Program-made: the position numbers and the translations under genes
NCBI GenBank assembly: GCA_028023455.1
Contig: JAQFVV010000008.1
Coordinates: 12,028,001 to 12,092,000 of the forward strand
DNA: 64,000 bases
Origin: Epiperipatus broadwayi
Lineage: Eukaryota > Animalia > Onychophora
Reading direction: 5' to 3'
Shown here: positions 1 through 9,246 of the stretch, piece by piece
Layout of the letters: each line of letters begins with the position of its first letter
Position numbering within the stretch: the first letter of the stretch is position 1
The notes under the pieces: model-generated
The model's database searches: none
Seen by the model: the letters and a program-made list of their open reading frames with translations, nothing else
Told to the model about the DNA's origin: nothing

Positions 1-1509
1 ACAATAATGTATATATTATTTATTCTGTATATTGTTATGTTATATAGTCAATTCTTTTGAAGTTTTATTGAACCTATATATGAAGGTTTTATTCTGTTTT
101 ATTGATGTTTTATTTCATCATTGTTATTTTACTTTCATTATAGAACACTAGATGATGTTACATATACAATTATTGGCTAACGTTAAATTAGATGATTAAC
201 ATTTGGAAAGGATGTGAAACCATGTGCCAAAAAAGCTTTTTGTGTATAATTATTTTTAGTATATTTATATATTTGTTGTATATAGTTTTTTTATTTATTA
301 TAAATTAAATATATATTTAAACTGTAATCCTAAAAGTTTATCAAATTCATTATTATAACTGATCTAAATTATCATTATTCAAATGAAAAATTAAAATAAT
401 TTTGGTTGCAAATGTAATTTAATTTAAAATATATTTACAAAATCAAATTTTATCTTGCTTAACCAAAAATTATACTTCTTGGTTAAAAATTTTTCCAACT
501 CTGTAATTTTTTAATCAGTGTTGCCTTGGGGAGAGGGGGGATGAATTCATTCAAAAACAATTACGATATAGATTTTCCATGCATTTTTATATTGCAAATT
601 ATAAATTTTTTAAAAGCAAAGCAAAAATTTATATTCTAGTAAAATTCTATAGAAAAAAAAAAGAAAGAAAATCATTCAAGATTCTTCAAGATTGGGGCAA
701 TATTTATTGAGTTAGAAAGTTACAAACTCATTCACACTTATATGGTGATATAGATCTACTAATTTAAAACAAAAGCATTTATCATACTTTACTGCCAACT
801 AGGGTTAACTAGAATAATCAGTGATTTAGCAAGTCCATATTTTAATATTTTAATTCCCATTCTCAAGACAGATTTCTTGATTTTTACCTTTAGTGATCAT
901 AGCTGGGATTCAAAATTAGAAGAAATGCATTTATGCGGTCAGAAAGTATCTTAAACTCCATTCTACTTGTCAATCTTAAAACTTGAAATTCAAATCAATC
1001 TAAGGTTTTAATTTGTTAACCTGCTTGATATAGATCTGGAATTAGTTTAACCGTTATATATTTTAATGTCTTCAGTTGTTCATTAATGATTGGCATCTTA
1101 TTCCCCTGTGTAGGGATGTCCACCTGCATATAATGTAACCAATAAAACAAAAGCAAATCGCCACTTTATAGTCATCTAATGTAAGTTGGAGTAATAATCA
1201 CTGTTTATCAGATTTATGTAATTCTTACTCTTAGTATTTGAACCCCCAATCTCTGACTGATTTCTGGGTTTTGTCTTTATCAATAAGGCCTGGTTAGAAG
1301 GAATGCATGTTGTCTACAAATTTCATAGGTAATTGCCATTATCTTTAAAATTTAGCAATATAATTGTGGAAATATAAAGAAATAAATGAAACTACATTGT
1401 TTAAAAAGCTGAAATGCTGTTCATATATTTAAATGTTGCAAAATAATGTTTATTCTATTTTGCTTAAATTAATAAAAACAAATAATCACATGGTTAATTT
1501 TTTGAGAGA

Positions 1510-1540
1510 TCATGTGACATTTAAATACCGGAAGTGACAG
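1510..1540. promoter_or_regulatory. Possible promoter-type motif pair (E-box-like ATCATGTGAC and ETS-like CCGGAAGTG)
   Basis: Two recognisable TF-motif-like words lie close together in otherwise CpG-poor DNA. No TSS or linked exon was identified. Confidence 0.2.
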
Positions 1541-1859
1541 AACTTTAATCCAAGAACTTTTACTATTAATCTAAGAATATTTTTGTACTAAATTATACAA
1601 AAAAATTAAAACTAGTATAAATACAATAAACCCACATAATTTCTTGTAAATCTTTTTCAGTTATATGGTAATTTCCCTTTCTACAGCTTCACTTTCAAAC
1701 TTGAATTCTCATCTTCACTATTCCATTATGCACATTATCTTCAGGCCATTTAAATTTCAGTTTGAACATTTGGATTTTTTTGTCAATTTGTTTTTGTGTA
1801 AAAGTACAGTTTCCCCTTAAAATCTGAATCATTCTAAAATAATATATATATATATATTT

Positions 1860-1950
1860 TCCCATGTTTCAAAGCATTGGCTGGGAAGCGAACCCTCAAA
1901 CCCAGGACAATGCTTGTAAGGCAGCTGTGCTGATTGCTCGACTACCAACA
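1860..1950 (-). mobile_element. Possible tRNA-derived SINE head (decayed)
   Basis: Minus strand reads TGGTAGTCGAGC...GGGTTCGCTTCCCAGCC, resembling Pol III A-box and B-box motifs (one mismatch to GGTTCGANNCC). No cloverleaf. Confidence 0.3.
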
Positions 1951-2076
1951 CTTGACAATAATATATATTTTTATAAATATTTTCTGAAAAAAATTAAAAA
2001 TGTAAAAAAAGATTTTAAAATCTTCATTTTCACTTTGAAATTTAAAACAAAAACATCGAAATTATCAATATCGGCA

Positions 2077-2840
2077 AAATAACATTGAAAGATTCTAAAA
2101 CATTCGTTTCACATTAAAAATCAAAAAGAAGTTATCAAAATTGTCAAACTTTTGACATGTTCTTTTGTGTAGAGAACAATAATCAACCAATCAATGCCTT
2201 GGAAGGAAGATTTTTATCTCATTGTTACATTGATTTGTTAGTTGTAAAACTATTCTAAAGGTTATTTGGTAAAGTTTGCTTGATAAATAATGGTAAAATC
2301 AGTTATATTGATTTGTTAATTGTAAAACTATTCTAAAGGTTATTTGGTAAAGTTTGCTTGATAAATAATGGTAAAATCAGTAAAATAATATTAAAAGATT
2401 CTAAAACATTTCTTTTTTACTTTTAAAATCAAAAGGAAGCTATTGAAACTATCAAAATTTTGACAGATTTTCTCTTGTTTAGAAAATGTCAATCAATCAG
2501 CATTTTGGAAACCAGGCTCTTATTGTTATATTGATTTGTTAATTGTAAAACTATTCTAAAGGTTGTTTGGTAAACTTTTCTTGGTAAAATAATAGTAAAA
2601 TCGGGAAAATAACATTAAAAGATTCTAAAACATTCCTTTTTACGTTTAAAATCAAAAGGAAGCTATTGGAACTATCAAAATTTTGACAGACTTTCTTTTG
2701 TTTAGAAAACATCAGTCAATCAGCGCCTTGGAAACCAGGCTCTTATCTCAGTGTTATATTGATTTGTTAGTTGTAAAAATATTTTAAAGATTATTTGGTA
2801 AACTTTTCTCGATAAAATCCTGATAAAATCATCAAAATAA
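2077..2840. repeat. Degenerate ~225-bp tandem repeat, 3 units, the first with an internal ~72-bp duplication
   Basis: The motif AAAATAA(C/T)ATT(G/A)AAAGATTCTAAAACATT recurs at ~2077, ~2382 and ~2607. TTGATTTGTTA(G/A)TTGTAAAACTATTCTAAAGG recurs at ~2230, ~2308 and ~2531, with a variant at ~2759. Confidence 0.85.
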
Positions 2841-3064
2841 CATGGTTTGAGAGAGAATTAAAGCTGGTTACAAAATTAATCCAAAAAATATTGATTAAAA
2901 AAGATTTAACATGCTATTCTACACAGGAAACAGTCTTAATATTATGTGCATATATAGCGTAAAGCAATGATCCACAGAAATAAGATGCTAAAAATTTCGC
3001 CTTGAATTTAAGTTGCATCCCTTTTTTAGGGGTCAAAAAAAAAAAGGCTTATATTTGAAGTAAT

Positions 3065-3780
3065 ATGGTATCTCTTCATAAAGTTGACAATGAGAAAATT
3101 AAAGTAGCATTATTGCTATGTTTTGCAGGAAAAGAAGTAATAGAGATTACTAATAGGTTTTGTGAACTTGATACTCCTGAGGATTATTCTTTCGATCAAA
3201 TAAAAGATTGCTTGTTGAATTATTTTAACTCTTGTCCCTCTGGGTTCATTGCCAGATTTTATTTTATGAATCATCGTCAGGTCAGAAATGGAAAAATTAA
3301 AGATTACGACTTTCTTCTTCATGATCATATGAAAAGTTGCATATATGGCTTATTTCTAGAAGAAGCTCTTCTTGAGCAATTTCTGTGGGGAATGAGCAGT
3401 GACAATATTATGGCAACAGTTGTTAGTTGATGATGAAATAAAACATAGTGAAACTATAAAACATGGAATATTACATGAATTCTTGACCAATCAAGAGAAT
3501 TTGCAAAGATAAAAGTCAAAGATAATGTATAAACTGATGTTTGTAAGACATGTACACCTGAGGGAAAGGTATTTAGAAATTTAAAAGATAATGATAGTGG
3601 AAATAAAACTTTCTTTTATTTGTTTTTGCAGAAAAGTTAGCCATAAAGCCAGTGATTGTTCTCCCAAAAATGAATGTTGCAAACTCTATAACAAAAAAGG
3701 GCATATTGAAATGATGTGTAAAAAAAAGAATCACTAAACCTGGAAAAGACAGCAACAGCCATAAAGGTGTATTCAATAGA
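3065..3780 (+). pseudogene. Decayed Ty3/Gypsy gag fragment (capsid region plus CCHC-like knuckles)
   Basis: ORF 3065-3430 (KVALLLCFAGKEV...YSFDQIKDCLLNYFN...IARFYFMNHRQ...EEALLEQFLWGM) resembles Gypsy Gag. Downstream FCRKVSHKASDC / CKLYNKKGHIEMMC are zinc-knuckle-like. Interrupted by stops. Confidence 0.7.
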
Positions 3781-3877
3781 AAAGAAAATCAATTAGCTAA
3801 TATAAAAAATATGTTATTAGCTAATATAAAAAATATGTTAATGACCGAAGCTGATAAAATTATGATTCAGTTACAAG

Positions 3878-4012
3878 GGCTTTGAACATTCCATCATCAG
3901 ATTTTCAATGAAATGGAAGGCTGAAGAGTTGTGAGTTGGAATAGTTTGAAGCCTGTCCATTAAAGTATGAAGATTGGCTATCTTAATATAAAGCTGAGTA
4001 CTGATTATATAT
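3878..4012 (+). repeat. 5' part of a hammerhead-bearing repeat (family B), split by the solo LTR insertion
   Basis: GGCTTTGA...TTGAAGCCTGTCCATTAAAGT...GTACTGATT aligns with the uninterrupted copy at ~62718-62830. The alignment resumes at 7701. Confidence 0.75.
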
Positions 4013-5481
4013 TATAACGGTCCGAAAGAAAGTGAATTTTACCATATCTGCACTATAAGGGCGCCATCTAGGTCAATTGAACCTAGAAAATTTATAGAGT
4101 AGGCAGATACGTGCTGTTAAGATTCCACTTTATTTTATATTTAGACCATTAGCCCCAGTCACTAGCTCAGCAGAGCAGTAGAGATTAATAATAATGATAT
4201 ATATTATCAAAATATATTAATATTTAAAAAAGAATAAAATAAGCCACTGCCACTAATTAACACACAAACATTTATTTACACACATATAAATAAAGAATTA
4301 TTATTTTAGTCTAACTTTTATTTTTTTTTATAAAACATTATAATTTATTTTACTTTAGATTTTAATTTACAATTTAACTTTTTATTTTAAGTTCGCACAG
4401 ATGAGTTTAATATTTTTATTTAGAGTGTCGAGTATGAATAGACTACATAGATTGCATTTGAAAAGAAAATATTCTATCCCTTATTTAACCTTAGGCCAAA
4501 AGTTTGCAGTTAAACCAACGTCAATCCATCTGATATATCGATGTATTCAATGTAGCACGAATACGACAGCACAAAATATCATACTGTCAGGAATGTATAT
4601 CTGAAAAGCAGGGTTAAGAGAAGAAATTGTTTCTCACCCAGAACAGGAATGTGACATCTGTCTGGCAAGAACAATAAAAAAGAAAACTCCATAGGAAGGG
4701 ACTGCGTTTTCCATCTTACTATCCCCTTCCATAGGCAAAACGGGAGTGTGCGGCGTATACTGCGATTCTGCATGTGGCGAATCTCGTACTACATCTACTA
4801 ATTACACCAATATATCCAATCCTTGACCCAATCTAACTACGAAACAAATAACCTAAGATTACCTCCCCTAATAAAACTAATATAACTTTACAAATCCATG
4901 CAGCTATTTACGCCCGACTTCAATTTAACATTTATATAATTTAGTTTAATGAAAAATAAAAATCATAATAAAAACTTAAAAGAACAAAAAAAAATAAAAT
5001 AAATGGAAATGATTTTAAAAAAAGAAATACATCAAATAAAATTACTTATTAATAAATTAAATTGGTCAGATAGGATTCTATTTCTATAAAATAGGGAAAC
5101 AAGTTTTAGAATTTAAAGTTATTATTCTTTTCATATACTGGCATTTTAGAAATATAGTTAAAGCTTATTAGAGTTCATAAAGTTCTTACGGTTTAAAAAA
5201 AAGTTCATCTTTATCAGTTGCTTGCCATTTGGAGCCGGCATTAATTCCCCCGATGTCCTGTGGTCCTCAATATAAAAAAAAAAAGATATAATTGTCTTTT
5301 TTTTTTTTTCAAGCAAAACTGAAGGGATTGAAGAGTATAATAATTAATAAAGCAAGTCATATATAACATGACATTACTTTTATGAGCTTGTAATTACAAA
5401 AATGCACATAGAGAGCGTACCAATAGCTCTAACAAGCTCGTAAATTAACAAGTGCGGTTATGAGAAATATTTAAAATCTCT

Positions 5482-5557
5482 ATCCAGAACACTCTTATCT
5501 CCAGACCATGGTTTCGGGCTTATGGCCCACGTCAGTGGAGAGCTAGAATATTCGGAC
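5482..5557 (-). ncRNA. Type I hammerhead ribozyme, copy 1 (predicted cleavage GUC| between 5504 and 5503)
   Basis: Minus strand: UCUCCA-CUGACGU-GGGC CAUAA GCCC-GAA-ACCAUGGU-C|UGGAGA. Stem I is 6 bp plus an extension after an AGC/UA internal loop, stem II is 4 bp, stem III is palindromic. U replaces canonical A9. Confidence 0.8.
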
Positions 5558-5915
5558 ACTAGACCTAAAATATGCTCTTCCGAAAAACCAGCACTTATTT
5601 CAAACGTATATTTAAGAAGAAACTCTGAATTTTTCGGACATGAAAATGTCTTTAAATCCAGCTATCTAACTTAAATAGCTATATGGGACTGAAGTATATT
5701 CAGATCTACCATATTCTAATAGGCTCAGCATAGCCAAAGCCTTAAAGGTAAAATTATAATAATTAATAAAGCAAGTCATATATAACATGACATTACTTTT
5801 ATGAGCTTGTAATTACAAAAATGCACATAGAGAGCGTACCAATAGCTCTAACAAGCCGTAAATTAACAAGTACGGTTATGAGAAATATTTAAAATCTCTA
5901 TCCAGAACACTCTTA

Positions 5916-5959
5916 TCTCCAGACCATGGTTTCGAGCTTATGGCTCACGTCAGTGGAGA
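5916..5959 (-). ncRNA. Type I hammerhead ribozyme, copy 2
   Basis: Same fold, but stem II is GAGC/GCUC instead of GGGC/GCCC (compensatory double change). Confidence 0.8.
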
Positions 5960-6334
5960 GCTAGAATATTTGGACACTAGACCTAAAATATCAACTCAAA
6001 AAAAAAACCAGCACTTATTTCAAACGTATATTTAAGAAGAAACTCTGAATTTTTCGGACATGAAAATGTCTTTAAATCCAGCTATCTAACTTAAATAGCT
6101 ATATGGGACTGAAGTATATTCAGATCTACCATATTCTAATAGGCTCAGCATAGCCAAAGCCTTAAAGGTAAAATTATAATAATTAATAAAGCAAGTCATA
6201 TATAACATGACATTACTTTTATGAGCTTGTAATTACAAAAATGCACATAGAGCGTACCAATAGCTCTAACAAGCTCAGTAAATTAACAAGTGCGGTTATG
6301 AGAAATATTTAAAATCTCTATCCAGAACACTCTA

Positions 6335-6377
6335 TCTCCAGACCATGGTTTCGGGCTTATGGCCACGTCAGTGGAGA
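6335..6377 (-). ncRNA. Type I hammerhead ribozyme, copy 3
   Basis: Same fold with one base missing from the stem II G-run (GGC/GCCC); either a mutation or a homopolymer error. Confidence 0.65.
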
Positions 6378-6703
6378 GCTAGAATATTCGGACACTAGAC
6401 CTAAAATATCAACTCAAAAAACCAGCACTTATTTCAAACGTATATTTAAGAAGAAACTCTGAATTTTCGGACATGAAAATGTCTTTAAATCCAGCTATCT
6501 AACTTAAATAGCTATATGGGACTGAAGTATATTCAGATCTACCATATTCTAATAGGCTCAGCATAGCCAAAGCCTTAAAGGTAAAATTATAATAATTAAT
6601 AAAGCAAGTCATATATAACATGACATTACTTTTATGAGCTTGTAATTACAAAAATGCACATAGAGAGCGTACCAATAGCTCTAACAAGCTCGTAAATTAA
6701 CAA

Positions 6704-6730
6704 NNNNNNNNNNNNNNNNNNNNNNNNNNN
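6704..6730. other. Assembly gap (27 N) inside the tandem array
   Basis: The N run replaces a 16-nt segment seen in other units, so the true copy number may be higher. Confidence 0.95.
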
Positions 6731-6760
6731 TATTTAAAATCTCTATCCAGAACACTCTTA

Positions 6761-6804
6761 TCTCCAGACCATGGTTTCGGGCTTATGGCCCACGTCAGTG
6801 GAGA
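6761..6804 (-). ncRNA. Type I hammerhead ribozyme, copy 4
   Basis: Core identical to copy 1. Confidence 0.8.
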
Positions 6805-7700
6805 GCTAGAATATTCGGACACTAGACCTAAAATATCAACTCAAAAAACCAGCACTTATTTCAAACGTATATTTAAGAAGAAACTCTGAATTTTTCGGAC
6901 ATGAAAATGTCTTTAAATCCAGCTATCTAACTTAAATAGCTATATGGGACTGAAGTATATTCAGATCTACCATATTCTAATAGGCTCAGCATAGCCAAAG
7001 CCTTAAAGGTAAAATTATAATAATTAATAAAGCAAGTCATATATAACATGACATTACTTTTATGAGCTTGTAATTACAAAAATGCACAAGAGAGCGTACA
7101 ATAGCTCTAACAAGCTCGTAAATTAACAAGTGCGGTTATGAGAAATATTTAAAAATGCATCTTTCCAATCCCTTCTCCTTCAACTCTAGCACACCTCTGC
7201 CTTCACATCTCTGTCTTCTCTTTTTAATAATTCCAAACTTTTTTTTTTATATTAATTTTGCGGATTAACTCAACATTACATCATGATGATGATAACTCTT
7301 TCGTTGAGGTCCGATTCCTGAGGGACTTTTTTTATTGGCTATTAGTTTCTATTGTTTTTTTCCTCCTATCTGACCGTTGCTTATAAATTTTGAAATGCCC
7401 AAGGGCTAGCTTACTTTTAACTAATCGAAATAATCATTTCCATTTTATAATAACATTAATTACTTTATTGTACAAACTTAGATATATTTTTATCTATTAA
7501 TCTTTACTGAAAATTTCGTTTTAAAATACTTTTTTTTTTTCTTAATAAAGTTTTCGTTTAATAATTTTTCATCTGTGCGATTTTATATATTAGGGTTTAG
7601 ATGATTTTTAATTCTTAAAAAAAATTTTTTTTATTTGCGAACTTTTATTTTTTCATGTTTAATAAAAAAAAATAATGTAACGGCATATGTGCCCGTTACA

Positions 7701-7880
7701 ATATATATGTGTGAGGATAGTAATCTAGACCAACTGATGATTGCTGGTTTAGCATGAAATACGTATATTGGTGATTATTTATCTTTTCATCATGTGTGTG
7801 ATCAGGTGGATCAGCAATATGAGATGGCACTGAGTAGTGGGTCGTGTGAAAGTCTGAGTTCGAATCCTGCCTATATTACA
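7701..7880 (+). repeat. 3' part of hammerhead-bearing repeat family B
   Basis: Aligns with ~62830-62990 (CAACTGATGA..TGCTGG..., TATCTTTT..CATGTGTGT...). Confidence 0.7.
7720..7778 (+). ncRNA. Decayed type I hammerhead motif (family B)
   Basis: GUAAUC-UAG-ACCAA CUGAUGA U UGCU GGUUU AGCA U GAA AUACGUAU A|UUGGU GAUUAU. Canonical core boxes, palindromic stem III and bulged stem I. The stem II closing pair is U.U rather than G-C. Confidence 0.6.
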
Positions 7881-8559
7881 TATATAAATGCAGGTTTAAG
7901 CCTCTACAGTGTATTAAACAATTAATTATAACTTGAGGGAATCACTTTTATTCAATTCTTAAAATGTGATAAGAGATAACAATGAAATTCCATTAAAAAT
8001 TAATAAATTATTAACAATTAAAAAGTAGTAGAGATTATTGATTTGCTGGATGCATCTATAGTTTAAAAATATATTAAATAATGGCAGCAGGCTTTGTGCA
8101 TCTCAACTAATTAGAACAGGAATTATAATTATTAATTAAAAGTGAACAATTGGTCTAAAAGAAGAAAACAAGAAACGCTTTTGGAAGCTACATGTGTGCT
8201 GATGTATTTGCAGCAACACGGTGCTGGATTTCATGTGTTGTCTTAGATAGCTTCTACATGGTACCATGGAGAGACTTGCCTTTGTAAGTGCCAAAGCAAG
8301 TCTAGGGCTTGAACAGATTGTACTGGTCTTCATTATTACTTTATTGGGTCTGTAAATATATAAGCAGTAAATAATTTGTTAATATGCATATATAATATTA
8401 ATATTTTTGTTAGTATTATTTATGTATTAAATCATTATTGCAAGTTGCTGCAGTATTATTTTTACCAGATGAAATTTGTATAAGCCTATGTCTATTTAGT
8501 ATCATAGCGATCGCTCTGAGACATCTTCATGACATTTATATTTTTGAATTTCCTTTTTG

Positions 8560-9246
8560 TGTTCTGGACAGATTAATTCTGCAGCAACTAGAATGCAATC
8601 ATTTATGAACTCCCTTTCAGAAAATGTTTTCAAAGTTTCTGAGCTTTATTTTTTTTAAAAAATAATAATAATGCAATTTGCCTTCGCAGAATTTTCTGAC
8701 TTGTTTGAATGTTTTATCAGACATCAGCCACTTGAAACTCCTTTTCAAGTTTTCTACTTTAAAATTTTTTTTCTTTCTCAACAGTTATGTACTTTCCAGA
8801 CATATCAAGCATATTGATTTACTATTTCTATAAAAAAAAATGCCTTAATCCATTTTTATTGAAATATGCAATCTTTTTGTGTCATTTTTTAAAATTTTAC
8901 TCGGTATAGCGATCATAATAAAAAATAAAGAAATGCAAAATAAGAATAAAACAAAGTAAAATTCTAATTTTACTTTTGTAAACACACAGTTAAATGCCCT
9001 CGACATCATAGATCAAATCTGTTGTCAGCTAGATCACACACTATAGGTAATGTGTTGGAATATTGCACGTCTGATAAAATGAACTAGAACTGTTATAAAG
9101 GTTGAATGTATATTTAACTCTTAATTCCATATTTGAATGATGTGCATGTTTAAATAGAAGTTTATATAGAGCCATTTTATATACATTTATGAAAATGTCC
9201 AGGATTATCTTGAGAGCTTTCAAGGGCTGGAGGTTCCCCATCCCTA
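8560..9246. mobile_element. Truncated copy of the non-autonomous hAT-like element at 54977-56054
   Basis: Shared blocks AGAATTTTCTGACTTGTTTG, CTTTCCAGACATATCA and GAGAGCTTTCAA, plus right end GGAGGTTCCCCAT. Confidence 0.6.

Larger units (their letters stand above)
5336..7154 (-). repeat. Tandem array of ~419-bp non-coding units (>=4.3 copies), each complete unit with a hammerhead-ribozyme fold; retrozyme-like
   Basis: Near-identical units start TATAATAATTAATAAAGCAAGTC at ~5336, 5755, 6175, 6587 and 7016. The ORF track shows no ORF here. The array is absent from the sister LTR at 49084-51029. Confidence 0.95.
4013..7700 (-). mobile_element. Solo LTR (~1.9 kb) carrying a nested 1.8-kb tandem array
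   Basis: Termini TATAACGG...CCGTTACA, flanked by ATAT at 4009-4012 and 7701-7704. It is the reverse-complement homologue of 49084-51029 on both sides of the array, including shared spurious ORFs at 4401/50345. Confidence 0.8.

Noticed and set aside
3885-3915. Additional hammerhead at minus-strand CUGAUGA (~3894-3900)
   Set aside because: There is no downstream GAAA box or stem I/III pairing.
4401-4773. Conserved small proteins (similar ORFs at 50313-50653)
   Set aside because: The similarity comes from two copies of the same solo LTR; the frames are not preserved between copies.
5336-7154. CRISPR array
   Set aside because: The units are near-identical over their whole 419 bp with no unique spacers, there are no cas genes, and the context is eukaryotic.
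7676-7700. 25-bp TGTAACGG...CCGTTACA palindrome as a separate mini-element
   Set aside because: It is simply the terminus of the solo LTR; the sister copy has a related sequence at 49084-49108.
7825-7870. tRNA gene (B-box-like GAGTTCGAATCC)
   Set aside because: No cloverleaf, and the motif is not conserved in the homologous copy at ~62975. At most a SINE-like remnant.
8136-8333. Upstream exon of the Deltex-like gene
   Set aside because: All + frames contain stops within ~150 bp and there is no convincing acceptor or domain motif.
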